From contig NIVC01000857.1 of the NCBI GenBank assembly GCA_002269645.1, forward strand, positions 99,142-163,141: 64,000 nt of DNA, given 5' to 3'. The notes below the pieces were generated by a model. That model saw nothing but the letters and a program-made list of their open reading frames with translations, was not told the DNA's origin and did no database searches. Below, piece by piece: positions 25,735 to 44,157 of this stretch (positions are counted from its first letter, which is position 1; every line of letters begins with the position of its first letter). The translations under genes and the position numbers were made by a program. The stretch comes from Macrostomum lignano. Lineage: Eukaryota.

Positions 25735-26035
25735 CAGCGACTTCGGAGACCTCAGCACCTCGGAGATCTCAGCACCTCGGAGACCTCAGCACCTCGGAGA
25801 CCTCAGCAACCTCGGAGACCTCAGCACCTCGGAGACCTCAGCAACCTCGGAGATCTCAGCACCTCGGAGACCTCAGCAACCTCGGAGACCTCAGCAACCT
25901 CGGAGATCTCAGCACCTCGGAGAACTCAGAATCTCGGAGACCTCAGCAACCTCGGAGATCTCAGCACCTCGGAGATCTCAGCACCTCGGAGATCTCAGCA
26001 CCTCGGAGAACTCAGCACCTCGGAGACCTCAGAAT
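25735..26035. repeat. 17-bp minisatellite (CTCGGAGA(C/T)CTCAGCAC)n
   Basis: About 17 copies. Confidence 0.93.
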
Positions 26036-26961
26036 CGCGGAGAGCTCGCAGACTTCGTCCCAGTAAAACGAAGTCCGGCACAGTTCGGTGAGTGTCACGG
26101 GCTCTCGAGCGGCAATACCGGAGAGAAGATGATGGAGCACAGGGGAGGCTGGGCTCAGCTCACCCTCAGTTCAGCGTGAGAAATTCTCAGCCAGAGTTGC
26201 AGACTGCGCAGCTGCCAGCTGAAACAGCGTGGCCAGAGGCGACTGGGGAGCACGAACTCGGGGGCTGAGAAGGAAATCTCAAACAGCCTCGGGGCCGCGG
26301 GCAGGCAGGAAATGCGCTGCAGCCGGGAGACAATGGCCGGCTGTTTGTCTCTTGAGCAAAAAAGATTTTTGCAGAGAAAAGTTTCTTTCTGGTTTGGCTC
26401 AGACTGCATAAGGAGACGATAAGTGCTCTCGGGGAGGCTGGGGATCCTCGCCTCCCCCCATTGTTGCTGAGCTCGCGGGGGGGGGCAGGTAGGCAAATGG
26501 CTGGGAAACCTGAGTGCTGGGGAGCCGAGTGAGCAGCTCATCTCTCCCTGTTTTGATTTTCACTCGGCCCCGGAAAGATTGGCAAGCGGCAGTGGAGGCT
26601 CAGGGACTACTGCATCCACCTGGACTGGAAGCCCAGACGAGCGCTCACCCCAAAACCTTGGCCACATTGCATGAATAACAGGCTGCATTATGGTTGCACC
26701 ATGGAGAGAATTGCTTTCAATTGCACTTCCTTTGCACCGGATTCTTTTCCACTCTTCTACAATGCTCTCAGACAAAGTTGGCTTGTTTTTGGCAAATCGA
26801 TAAGCCAAACATCCCCGACGGATCAATGCTGGTGCAGTCGGGTTTTCGACCTACTATGAGTAGCGTGAAGCAGAAAGAGGTGAGAAATTATCGATAGAAT
26901 ACTGCAGCATACAGCTAATGCGGTGACAAGACTCGAACCTCCATTTCTGCCCCAGCTCAGA

Positions 26962-27280
26962 ACTGCTCACCCCATCACATCAGGGACTGACTCTGCTCAC
27001 CCCATCACAGCAGGGACAGTGACTCTACTCACCCCATCACATCAGGGACAGTGACTCTGCTCACCCCATCACAGCAGGGACAGTGACTCTACTCACCCCA
27101 TCACATCAGGGACAGTGACTCTGCTCACCCCATCACAGCAGGGACAGTGACTCTGCTCACCCCATCACAGCAGGGACTGTGACTCTGCTCACCCCATCAC
27201 AGCAGGGACAGTGACTCTGCTCATCCCATCACAGCAGGGACAGTGACTCTGCTCACCCCATCACAGCAGGGACTGTGACT
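26962..27280. repeat. 32-bp minisatellite (GACTCTGCTCACCCCATCACAGCAGGGACAGT)n downstream of glutaminase
   Basis: About 10 copies. Confidence 0.93.
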
Positions 27281-27568
27281 GCAGCTCAGATCAGTTTGCC
27301 AGTTGCTCACGGTTGGCTAACTAACCGAAGCTAACTCTGCTTAACCTGGGCCAGCTGGACTTGTGTCTGAAAGTAACAACAAAGGAATAAATATTAATGA
27401 TTTTTTGAAAGAAGCTTTATTGGAAAAATCACAAAGGAAATAAAAACTCTACGCTCTCTAAAAAATAAAAAACTCCAATGAAAGATGGAAAATAAAAGTA
27501 TACAAAAAATACGGCGACCCGTTACAACTACTCTGCTGATTTCAAGTAGCACAATTGGCGTATTGCAA

Positions 27569-30070
27569 CTATAATTTATCCGGCCAGTCAATCGACGCAG
27601 TTGACGGCATCAGAACCTCCGCTTCCACCGCTGCGGACGGCGTCGCAGTCTCGGACTCGACCTCCGCGGTGGTGTCCGAAAGCTCTGCCGCAGCCTCCTC
27701 CTTCTCTCCGACCTCCGCCTCATCCGATTCTTTCACGGCAGCCGCAACGGCAGCCGCGCGCAGCAGCTCCGCCACTTCGGTGCGCCCGAACCGCTCGGCG
27801 TCGTTCAGCGGCGTGAAGCCCCAGCGGTCGCGCGGCCCGACCGCCACGCCGCAGGTGACCAGCAGGAACTGCACGGCCTCCGCGTGGCCCTCCGCCGCGG
27901 CAACGTGAAGCGCCGTCCGGCCATCGTAGTCGGCCTGGTCCATGCAGAGGCCCTTCAGGAAGGCGCCGCGCAGGGCGGTCACGTCGTTGTTGCTGGCGGC
28001 GAACAGCAGGCCGACAATCTCGGCGCTCTGCGTCTCCGTCAGGCGGCGTCGGGAGTCGGCGCGGTCGGGGCGGCGCCGCACGGTGGAGTCGAAGTTGTGC
28101 AGGCTGAAGCGGGCCACCAGCTCCCGGCAGAACTGGATGCCGCGGCACGAGTTGCCCTGCCTGTCCAGCGGCGGGGACCACAGCGCGATGCCCATGAGGC
28201 CGGGAATCACCAGCAGGATGGCGCCGGACACGCCCGACTTGGCCGGCAGGCCGCACTTGAAGGCGAACTGGCCGCTGTAGTCGTACAGGCCGCAGCTGTG
28301 CATGAGTGACAGGGTGTCCCGGACGGCCTCGGCCGACAGCACCGGGTCGCCGGTCAGCGGGCAGACGCCGCCGTTCGCCAGGGTGGCAGCAATGACGGCA
28401 GCGGAGTCGCAGGTGGCCTCCAGGGCGCAGAGCTGCAGGTAGAAGTCGAGCGTCTCGCGCAGGTCGGTGTCGGGCGGGAAGCAGCCGTTCTCGCGCATGT
28501 AGTAGCCGATGGCGTAGTTCCTGTCCGAGCTCTCCCTCTCGGACAGGAAGGTGGAGTTGGAGAAGCCGAGGCGCTCGCCAGCGGACATTCGCAGGTACTG
28601 GCGGAGCACGTAGTCGAAGCGGTCGGCGAGTCGCTGGCCGCGCGCCAGGAGGCTGCAGACGGCGATGGCGCCGCTGTTGATCATCGGGTTGTGCGGCTTG
28701 TTCTCCGAGTTCAGCGCGATGGAGTTGAAGCTGATGCCGGACGGCTCGTAGCCAACAAACTGGTGCACCCTGTCGGAGCCCGCCTCCGTCATGGCCAGCG
28801 CGTAGTTCAGCGGCTTGCTGACCGACTGGAGGCAGAATGGAACCTGTGGGAGAGGGGAGGTGGACAGTGTCCGGCATGTCACTCGGGGGACAGTGAGGTG
28901 ACATGGACAGTGTCCGGCATGTCACTCGGGGGACAGTGAGGTGACATGGACAGTGTCCGGCATGTCACTCGGGGGACAGTGAGGTGACATGGACAGTGTC
29001 CGGCATGTCACTCGGGGGGACAGTGAGGTGACATGGACAGTGTCCGGCATGTCACTCGGGGGACAGTGAGGTGACATGGACAGTGTCCGGCATGTCACTC
29101 GGGGACAGTGAGGTGACATGGACAGTGTCCGGCATGTCACTCGGGGACAGTGAGGTGACATGGACAGTGTCCGGCATGTCACTCGGGGGACAGTGAGGTG
29201 ACATGGACAGTGTCCGGCATGTCACTCGGGGGACAGTGAGGTGACATGGACAGTGTCCGGCATGTCACTCGGGGACAGTGAGGTGACATGGACAGTGTCC
29301 GGCATGTCACTCGGGGGACAGTGAGGTGACATGGACAGTGTCCGGCATGTCACTCGGGGGGACAGTGAGGTGACATGGACAGTGTCCGGCATGTCAATCA
29401 GGGAACAGGAGACGGGAGAAGGTTACCCCCCCCCCCAGCTTGCCTGGTGGTCACCAAAGCCCGCCCGCTGCCCGTCGACGGTGCAGACGGCGGCGCCCCA
29501 CCTGGTGGGGTCAGCCCGGGCCAGCTGCGGGATGCAGTTGGCCACGCGGCCCTCCGTGTTGGCCCGGCAGCGCTCGAAGATGGCGGCCAGCTCGCCGGTG
29601 AACTCCTGGAAGTCGGGCAGCACGAAGTCCTTGCGCAGCACCTGCAGCAGCAGGGCGATGCTCGCCCGCGCCACCTCGGCGAAGGCGGCGCGGTCCAGGA
29701 AGAAGGAGTTGCGCGCCTCCTCGTCGCACATCACCGCCCGCTTCTGGCGCTCGCGGATGCTGGCCACGCACTGGCGGAGCCGCGGGTCGCTGAGCTGGAT
29801 GCCGGCCGCCTCCACCACGCCGAGCAGGCGGGACACGGGCACCCGGTCGGTGGCGCGGTCCTTCAGAATGTCGAACACGGCGTCGCAGGAGCCGCGGCTG
29901 GCCTGCGCGGCGCGGTACTGCCGCTCCGCTTCGTTGCGGACTCGACGAGCCTCCGACAGAGTTTCCAGGAGGCGCGGCGGAGACTGCGGCGGCTCCGGCT
30001 TCATCGAGCCGGCCAGGGACGAGGCGGGGAGCAGCTGAAGCGGTTCGGTGCGCGCCTCGGTCACCAGCAT
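27569..30070 (-). CDS. GLS: Kidney-type (KGA-like) glutaminase with C-terminal ankyrin repeats; exons 30070-29444 and 28843-27569
   Basis: IPQLA, VDGQR, VPFCLQSVSKP (SxxK), PHNPMINSGAI, RNYAIGYY, CGLYDYSGQFAFKCGLPAKSGVSG, WSPPLDRQGNS, ankyrin DYDGRTALHVAAAEGH. The GC-AG intron restores GDHQ|VPF in phase 0. Confidence 0.95.
28861..29396. repeat. About 43-bp minisatellite filling the glutaminase intron
   Basis: GGACAGTGTCCGGCATGTCACTCGGGGGACAGTGAGGTGACAT, about 12 copies, with variation only in the G run. Confidence 0.97.
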
Positions 30071-30255
30071 GGAGGCAGGAGAGCTGAGAAACAGCTGGGT
30101 AGCATTGCAGTGCAATTGAAATGGAGTTGGACTGAAACGGCTTCAGGGTTAGGGACATAGACATCTGCGCGAACTTCCGGCTGAGTAGCTCGCTGTCGCC
30201 TCAGGAGAGCTTTAAATATTTATACAAGTGGATGGAGCCGTTTATTGGTTGGTTG

Positions 30256-30553
<298 letters not shown>

Positions 30554-31234
30554 TCTCGCATTCCCAGGTGTGCGCATTCCCAGGTGTCTCACCGCATTCC
30601 CAGGCTTCTCACCGCATTTCCATGTGTCTCATTGCACACCTACGCATCTCACTTCACACTACAAAGCAGAAATAATTGCAAGCCAGACAGCACTGAGCCC
30701 TTGTCAACTTGAGCAGCTTTGAAGCGTATAAAAGCAAAAGTGCGGCCCAACAAGGATTTGGGATTTATCCTGCGACTCCCCGTCTCTCCCTACTCGGCAT
30801 TGACCATCCAGCCATGTCAAATATTTTAGCTGAGAAGCGGCTGTCTGCCCGGCCGGGCGTGTTTGAGCAAACAGCGGGGATTCGTTAGTGGGGCTGAGAG
30901 CCCGGGTGGTCCGGCCAGCGGCTGGTGAACTTTTCATTCACAAGTTTTTAGCCGCTGAGGCGAGGGGGCTGTGGAGGGCTGCAGGTGACTGCAGGCCGCT
31001 GCTCTCGCGGCATTGGACAGCCGGCCGGCTGCCTGCCGACCCAACCAGCGCTTGTGGCGCTGATCCTCAAATCCCCAAATCCAGAAGACTAAGTCCTCAA
31101 ATCCAGAAATCCAAAATCCCACGGCCAGCAAATTCAGTCACAGCGGTTGCCAGAAGAAGAACGGAAAATCAAACCGGAAAGATAAAAGAGGAGGAGGCCG
31201 CGCTATGAACTGCTGGCAGGACTCTTGACCCTGG

Positions 31235-31418
31235 CGGTCAAGCTGTGACCCCGGCGGACAGTGACCCGGCGGTTAAGCTGTGACCCCGGCGGACAGTGAC
31301 CCGGAGGACAGTGACCCCGGCGGACAGTGACCCCGGCGGTTAAGCTGTGACCCCGGCGGACAGTGACCCCACTTAACAGTGACTTCAGCGGACAGTGACC
31401 CCGGAGGACAGTGACCCC
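31235..31418. repeat. 17-19-bp tandem repeat (GTGACCCCGGCGGACA / GTGACCCGGCGGTTAAGCT)
   Basis: Direct repeats just upstream of the candidate DEG/ENaC start. Confidence 0.88.
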
Positions 31419-31443
31419 AAGACACCCGCCAGTGCAGTCCGCG

Positions 31444-36502
<5,059 letters not shown>

Positions 36503-37634
36503 GTCTGGCGCCCCCGCTCCTCCTCCCCGACTCGCGCATCTGTCTGTCTGTACTTGTACAAACCCCAGCCTCCGTTTGCCATCTCGCCTCTCCCAATCAA
36601 CTAGCTTTACAACATATAATTTGTGTGAATTCATTCCCAAATGTGACTCGAAGAGCGAGGCAAAGAGCCGGCACTTCGCACGGCTCGGTCCTTTATCAAA
36701 TGCTATTTCGCTATTTCATTAGAGCTTGGCTGGATGAGCACAAGTTGCTAAATAAAGAATTCTTAGACTCGCTCAGCCTCACTGCGATGAAGCGATGCCT
36801 GTGCGATGACCGCGTGAACAAAAACTTTGCCTTCTTGCTATTCTCCAAGCAGCCTGGTGCCGAGACGAACTGGGAGAGGCGGCCCATCCGAAAGCCCAGT
36901 GCGCCCTCGAGAACTGTAGTTTCCTTTTTAAACTGCTTCGACTTCTTGCATTGCTTAAACCTGACACAATCTGCCCGTCCCATCCTGTTCCTCAGTGAGT
37001 TCTCCAACTTGGAAACAGCAGGCACTTTTTTCCTAATCTTGGCTCTCCTCTGCAAACCTGAGCTCTGGGATTTTCATGCACAACTGGATTGAATAACACA
37101 GGGCTGGCCGCAGTGTCAGGAGCTTTGCAAAGAGGATTTGCTCGCAGCAACCCGAGCTCCCCAGCTTCCCAGTTGGGAATCGACTGTGGATGCGCAATAC
37201 CCATTGATTGGGTAATAAATGCAGACACTTGCTGACACTGAGCGGGAAATGCACCGACAGAAGTTATGACTGATGGCAGGCTCTCGGGGCACTCCGAACT
37301 CGCGAGTCCCCTGCCAATTAGTCGCCAAACTGCCCCCATGGTTGCCGCGCAATTTGTCAAGGGGGTGGGATCGGAGAGCTGCTGAGGGACTTTGATTGAA
37401 GAAGTTTCCGCCTCCTCAGGGAGCTCAAAGTGCATCGGCTGGCAAATGCAAAATTTGGCGCACTTGAATCGAGTAGCTTTTATCAGAGCGATGGGAAACT
37501 ATCGTTATTGGGATAAACCTGGAAGCGACTCTCAGAGCTCGGGGTTATTGCACTCTCGCTGGTCAATGCAGCAGTGACAATTCAAGACAATTCCTTCTGA
37601 TTCTGAGGACGATTCTTAGGTAGTTCAGGGGCGA

Positions 37635-38095
37635 CTCTTAGGGCTGTTCAGGAGCAATTCTCAAGGCTGTTCAGGAGTAATTCTCAAGGCTGTTCAGGAG
37701 TAATTCTTAAGGCTGTTCATGAGCAATTCTCAAGGCTGTTCAGGAGCGATTCTCAAGGCTGTTCAGGAGCAATTCTCAAGGCTGTTCAGGAGCAATTCTC
37801 AAGGCTGTTCAGGAGCAATTCTCAAGGCTGTTCAGGAGCAATTCTCAAGGCTGTTCAGGAGCAATTCTCAAGGCTGTTCAGGAGTAATTCTCAAGGCTGT
37901 TCAGGAGCAATTCTCAAGGCTGTTCAGGAGTAATTCTCAAGGCTGTTCAGGAGCGATTCTCAAGGCTGTTCAGGAGTAATTCTCAAGGCTGTTCAGGAGC
38001 GATTCTCAAGGCTGTTCAGGAGTAATTCTCAAGGCTGTTCAGGAGTAATTCTTAAGGCTGTTCAGGAGCGATTCTCAAGGCTGTTCAGGGGCGAG
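37635..38095. repeat. 23-bp minisatellite (TTCTCAAGGCTGTTCAGGAG(C/T)AA)n
   Basis: About 19 copies between the convergent DEG/ENaC and UMPS genes. Confidence 0.95.
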
Positions 38096-39467
38096 TCTGG
38101 GACAGTTTAGGAGCGATACGATCGGACAGTTTCAGTTTCAAGCGATTCTCGTACAGTTCAGAGGGAGAATCTGACAAGTTTAAGGCAATTCGTTGACTGT
38201 CCAGGGGAAGTTCAGGAACGATTCACCATGAATCTTTTCAGATGATTCGATGGAATTCTGTGTTTAGCACCGATTATTTTAATACAGTTCAAATCTTAAG
38301 AAAGGTCCCGCGGCAGCACGCAGGGTGCCCAAGGAGCGCTGCCCTATCAGAGATCTCTCCCCGATACCGGAGTATCGAGATCGCCGATCGCTGCCAGGCA
38401 TGCAGCGATGTTCATGTCAGCCTCCAGCTCGGGATCCATCAGATTCATCAGGCGCTAAGAAAGCAGAAGTTGCGAGCGGCAGAGATAAATAAGCGCCATC
38501 ATCAGCTGCACCGTGAGACCTGGGAGATCTGAGGAGCGGTGAGGCTGGATTTCGGCCGCAGTTAGAAACAATAAATTCAACGGTGCCGCAGAATTAATCC
38601 GATCGCTTTGAAGTCACCGCCAGGACCGCTGATCGCGTAAGCAGCAGGCCGCGACCCCGAGACTTGATCGCAAACTGCTCAACACAAAACCGAACAGCCT
38701 CCCCAGCCACTCAGAAATCAGCTCTGCCATTGTGTTCTATTTATCCCACATCCCACAATGCCAATTTCCAAAGCTTCAATTGAAAAAAGGGGTGAAAACC
38801 TGGAAGACAATGTCAGTTCATTGTTCACCTGTTCAGCAGGCGGCTGTAGTGCCGCAGGGCCCTCACTATATTTGCACAGGGGCTGCGGAGAGCTGGCAGA
38901 ATAAGACAGGCAAAGGAGCCACGCTAATTGCCGGGAGGAGGAACTGGGGCGAAGGATAAAAAGCGAGCCTCTCCATGGCAACAGGAAAATATAGCCACAT
39001 TAGGGAATAAAAATGCCAAGCAGCAGCTGACTCGGGGAGGTGTTTGGCAAAAATACAGAAAACTGACACTGAGCGATACGATGAGGGTGAGCGAATTGAC
39101 ATCCGGGAAACTTAGACTCGCATTAGACTTCAGGTGCTAAGCACAAAATAGAACATTGAGTACTTTTAATTTAACACGACGAAATACAAGAGGCGGCGGG
39201 AGAAGCAAATAGTTGAAACCGGTTTCAGTAAAATATGCTCGAAATTAACTGCTGGAAAAATATACATCCGTAGTTCAAGCTCCTGTATATGGCTGAGTCT
39301 ATGGCCCAAACCCCTTCCCGACAGATCAAAGCCGGCACAACGGACGCACTCGCCACACTATCTATGGGACAAACGCATGTAGTTTAAAAGCCTCCCGGAA
39401 ATGGCAGTAACAGTAATGACAGGAAATGCCTACACGCAGGCCCAGGGCGCGGTGAGTCCTCGAAAGG

Positions 39468-42400
39468 CTACTCGGTCTTCAGCCGCTCTCTGTAGGCCCG
39501 GAAAGCGGCCTGCCGGTAGCTCTCAGCAGCCGATCTGGGGTCGCTGGCCTCGGCCACGCCACGACCAACAATGATAACGTCGCAGCCGCCCCGGCCGACC
39601 ACGTGACCCGGCTCCCTATAGCGCTGGCCGAGGCCGTCCGAGGCGCCGCCGGAGAAGCTGACGCCCGGCGTGAACTGCAGCAGGCCGGGGTCGGTGGCCA
39701 GGTCGGACTGGCACACCAGGCCGGCCACCAGGTGGCCGTGCGTCTCGGCCATGGCCAGGGCGGCTGCCGAGTACTCCTCGTTGATCGGGCTGCCCTCGGA
39801 GCTCATCTCGGCCACCAGCACCGCGGCCATGCCGTGGGCTCCCTCCAGGCCGGACAGCAGGCCGGGGCCCGGCAGGGCGTGCGCGGTGACCAGGTCCGCC
39901 CAGTCAGCTATGCGGAACTGGCCGCCGGTGGCCTGCAGCCGGGTCACGTGACCGATGTCGGCCAGCTTCCGGTCCTCCATAATCAGGAAGTTGTGCCGCT
40001 TGGCCAGGTCCCGCAGTCTGGAGACGAAGTCCGGACTGAAGTCATCAAGGATGTCGCAGTGCACCTTCAGGACGCAGATGTGCGGGCCCACCTGGCGGGT
40101 TGGTGGCAGAGTTGACTAATGGGTGATTAAGCTGCCGAGGCCAATTGGACTAATGGTAAGACTCCTGAATCCAATTAGACTAATAGGTGAGACTCCTGAA
40201 TCCAATTAGACTAATAGGTGAGACTCCTGAATCCAATTAGACTAATAAGTGAGACTCCTGAATCCAATTAGACTAATAAGTGAGACTCCTGAATCCAATT
40301 AGACTAATAGGTGAGACTCCTGAATCCAATTAGAAAAATGGGTGAGACTCCTGAATCCAATTAGAAAAATGGGTGAGACTCCTGAATCCAATTGGACTAA
40401 TAGATGAGACTCCTGAATCCAATTAGACTAATAGATGAGACTCCTGAATCCAATTAGACTAATAGGTGAGACTTCTGAACCCAATTAGAAAAATGGGTGA
40501 CTCCTGAATCCAATTAGACTAATAGCTGAATCCAATTAGACTAATAGGTGAGACTCCTGAATCCAATTAGACTAATAGATGAGACTCCTGAATCCAATTA
40601 GACTAATAGGTGAGACTCCTGAATCCAATTAGACTAATAAGTGAGACTCCTGAATCCAATTAGACTAATAGGTGAGACTCCTGAACCCAATTAGACTAAT
40701 AGGTGAGACTCCTGAATCCAATTAGAAAAATGGGTGAGACTCCTGAATCCAATTAGAAAAATGGGTGAGACTCCTGAATCCAATTGGACTAATAGATGAG
40801 ACTCCTGAATCCAATTAGACTAATAGATGAGACTCCTGAATCCAATTAGACTAATAGGTGAGACTTCTGAACCCAATTAGAAAAATGGGTGACTCCTGAA
40901 TCCAATTAGACTAATAGCTGAATCCAATTAGACTAATAGGTGAGACTCCTGAATCCAATTAGACTAATAGATGAGACTCCTGAATCCAATTAGACTAATA
41001 GATGAGACTCCTGAATCCAATTAGACTATTATACGATGGTTTAGCAACACGAAAGCCAACTCTTTGAATTTAAAACATTGTTAATCCGCAGGCGCCACCG
41101 CATTAAACTGGGCAGGCTGCAATGCAGAACTGACTGTCAGAGCCCTCAGCTCAAGCCGCCCACCCCGCCTCCCCAGCCAGGTATTTTATTGCATCAAAGT
41201 TTGTCTGATTGGCAATTCAGCGATTGGAATTTTTCCGATAGATAAAAATTATGCCCGCAACGGTGGCCGCTCAGGTCTAATTGGGCTGCCACACCTGCCT
41301 CCCCGCCTGAGTCAGCTGCCAGGCCTGCATCTCGGGGGGGGTCCATAATGGAGAATAAATTCCAAAAATGATAAAGCCTACTGGACATTGTGAAGGTAAT
41401 AAAAACCATCTGCCCAACTTATTAAAGCCGATCAATAGCTATGCCATCCTAAGGCTGGGTAATAAATCATGCTTTGTGCTCAATTAAACGCTGCTTTGCT
41501 GGGACTCAAATAGTAAATTAGCTCACTCAGGCCAACTCAGGCCAATCAGCTATTGAATAGCTCTTGGTCTTCCGTTTGATCATTAGCCTTAGGGTCATTG
41601 GGCCAGCCATTAGCCCGGTCAATGAGTCAGTCAGCCATTAGCCCAGGTCATTGAGTCAGTCAGCCATTATCCCGGGTCATTGATTCAGTCAGCCATTAGC
41701 CCAGGTCATTGAGTCAGTCAGCCATTAGCCCGGTCAATGAGTCAGTCAGCCATTAGCCCGGGTCATTGATTCATTCAGCCATTAGCCCGGTCAATGAGTC
41801 AGTCAGCCATTAGCTCGGGTCATTGAGTCAGTCAGCCATTATCCCGGGTCATTGATTCAGTCAGCCATTAGCCCGGTCAATGAGTCAGTCAGCCATTAGC
41901 CCAGGTCAATGAGTCAGTCAGCCATTAGCCCGGGTCATTGATTCAGTCAGCTATTAGCCCGGTCAATGAGTCAGTCAGCCATTAGCCCAGGTCAATGAGT
42001 CAGTCAGCCATTAGCCCGGGTCATTGAGTCAGTCAGCCATTAGCCCGGTCAATGAGTCAGTCAGCCATTAGCCCAGGTCAATGAGTCAGTCAGCCATTAG
42101 CCCGGGACATTGAGTCAGTCAGCCATTAGCCCGGGTCATTGAGTCAGTCAGCCATTAGCCCGGTCAATGAGTCAGTCAGCCATTAGCCCAGGTCAATGAG
42201 TCAGTCAGCCATTAGCCCAGGTCATTGAGTCAGTCAGCCATTAGCCCAGGTCATTGAGTCAGTCAGCCATTAGCCCAGGTCATTGAGTCAGTCAGCCATT
42301 AGCCCGGGTCATTGAGTCAGTCAGCCATTAGCCCAGGTCAATGAGTCAGTCAGCCATTAGCCCGGGTCATTGAGTCAGTCAGCCATTAGCCCGGTCAATG

Positions 42401-43619
42401 AGTCAGTCAGCCATTAGCCCGGGTCATTGAGTCAGTCAGCCATTAGCCCGGGTCATTGAGTCAGTCAGCCATTAGCCCGGGTCATTGAGTCAGTCAGCCA
42501 TTAGCCCGCAAATTACCTGCTCGGCCAGCGCCAGGACGTCCCTGCCGAGGGTCCGGTCTGCGGCCACGCACAGGTTGGTCTCCTTCTCGGCCATGAGGGC
42601 AAGCAACCGGCGCGCCTGCGGCTGGGTGGCCACCTCGGCGCGCTGTTCGAACGGCATCCGGCAGCGGGCGCTGAGCCGCGACAAGCTGGGAGCTTCGGCC
42701 GCGTCGCCGGTGGCCTCTCGGTCGTTGTCGTTGGTCTGGATGGTGACCTGCGGGTAGCAAGGGGAATGACAGGGTCTGTTAAGCTGACTGGTTCAGAGTT
42801 AACTTGGATCAGATATAGTTGGGTCAAGCCTAGTTGGGTCAGTTCGTTTGGGTCAGATCTAGTTGGGTCAGTTAGTTTGGGTCAGATCTAGTTGGGTCAG
42901 TTAGTTTGGGCCAGGGCAATTTCAGATTAATTCAGAGCAAAATAAATTTGAGTCAGGCAGTCGATGCGAGACATAGAGGATAAACTTGGTTAAGCATAGT
43001 CTCAGCGAAGGTGCACCTGATTCTCAAGCACGAAGGTGCGCACGGTGACGCAGAAGCTGGCCGACACCGACTTGCTGGTCTCGAGCTGGCGCAGCAGCTG
43101 GGTGAGGCGCAGCACGCAGCGCAGCGGCAGGCCGGCCCTGCGCAGGTTCTCTGCGGCGCCCTGCTCGCGGTCAAGGAGGACGCCGACTCCAGCCACCCGG
43201 AGGCCCTCACGGCGGAGAATCTCTGCCGTCTCAAGGACGCTGGACCCGCTGGTGACCACGTCCTCAATGATGAGGCAGGACTGGCCGCGGTCGAATTTGC
43301 CCTCCAGAATTTTCTTGGTCCCGTAGTCCTTGGTCTCCTTGCGCCGCATCAGCATGGGGATGCCGCGGTCCACGGAGATGCAGGTGGCGATGGGCAAGGC
43401 GGTGTACGGCACCCCACAGACGTAGTCGAACTTCAGGTCCGAGCAGGCCGCGAAGATCAGCTGGCTGATGGTGCGCATGAGCTCCGGGTGCGAGACAATG
43501 ACGCGCAGGTCGAAGTACACCGGCGAGATCAGGCCGCTCTTCAGCTTGAACTCGCCGAACTTCACTGCTTCGATGTCATGGAGCTTGCTGACCACGTCCG
43601 ACAGGCTGTCAGAGGCCAT
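39468..43619 (-). CDS. UMPS: Bifunctional UMP synthase (OPRT + OMP decarboxylase); exons 43619-43017, 42747-42517, 40091-39468
   Basis: OPRT: FKLKSG..SPVYFDLR, GVPYTALP, RRKETKDYGTKK, LIIEDVVTSGSS. ODC: KETNLCVAAD, GPHICVLKVHCDI, EDRKLADIG, TPGV, DGLGQRY, DVIIVGRG. Two phase-0 GT-AG introns. Confidence 0.96.
40155..41028. repeat. 31-bp minisatellite (GACTCCTGAATCCAATTAGACTAATAGGTGA)n in UMPS intron 2
   Basis: About 28 copies with an internal duplication of about 390 bp. Confidence 0.95.
41605..42508. repeat. 28-29-bp minisatellite (GAGTCAGTCAGCCATTAGCCCGGGTCATT)n in UMPS intron 2
   Basis: About 31 copies, starting about 8 nt from the donor. Confidence 0.95.
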
Positions 43620-43657
43620 GGCGGGCTGCGGGGTGGGGGAGGCCAGGATGCACTGCC

Positions 43658-43745
43658 TGCAGTTCACTCTGTGGCTAAACTGGGCCCTGTCGGCAGTTCA
43701 CTCTGTGGCTAAACTGGGCACTGTCGGCAGTTCACTCTGTACCTA
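43658..43745. repeat. About 34-bp repeat, 2.5 copies, just upstream of the UMPS ATG
   Basis: GCAGTTCACTCTGTGGCTAAACTGGGC(C/A)CTGTCG repeated. Confidence 0.8.
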
Positions 43746-44157
43746 AACCGCATTAGTATAAAATATAATAATATTAATATAACAGTATCGATGCAGTAGC
43801 AGCACGAATATCCTTTAAAAAAACACTGAGCAGCGACACCGCAGGATGCCGGAGCGTCACAGAATCCCCACTCCTCCAATCCCCATCTCGATTCGATTTC
43901 GCAGCAGCTCCCGGCTCCCCCCATCAATTTCACGGTGTCTGGCCGAGACGGTGGATGCAAGGAAGGACGGAGAGAAAAGTTCACCTCCGGCCAAGCAGGC
44001 CGCACTTGCTGCTATCAGCGATACTGCAATCATAATTGGAGCAGAAACGGCCCACTTAGACTGCTACTGGGGGGGGGGGGCAGTACCCATGTCCAGCAGT
44101 ATTTCGCTTATACGTGAAAGGACAACCGCAGCCTGCTAAACACATACTAACCCCATT

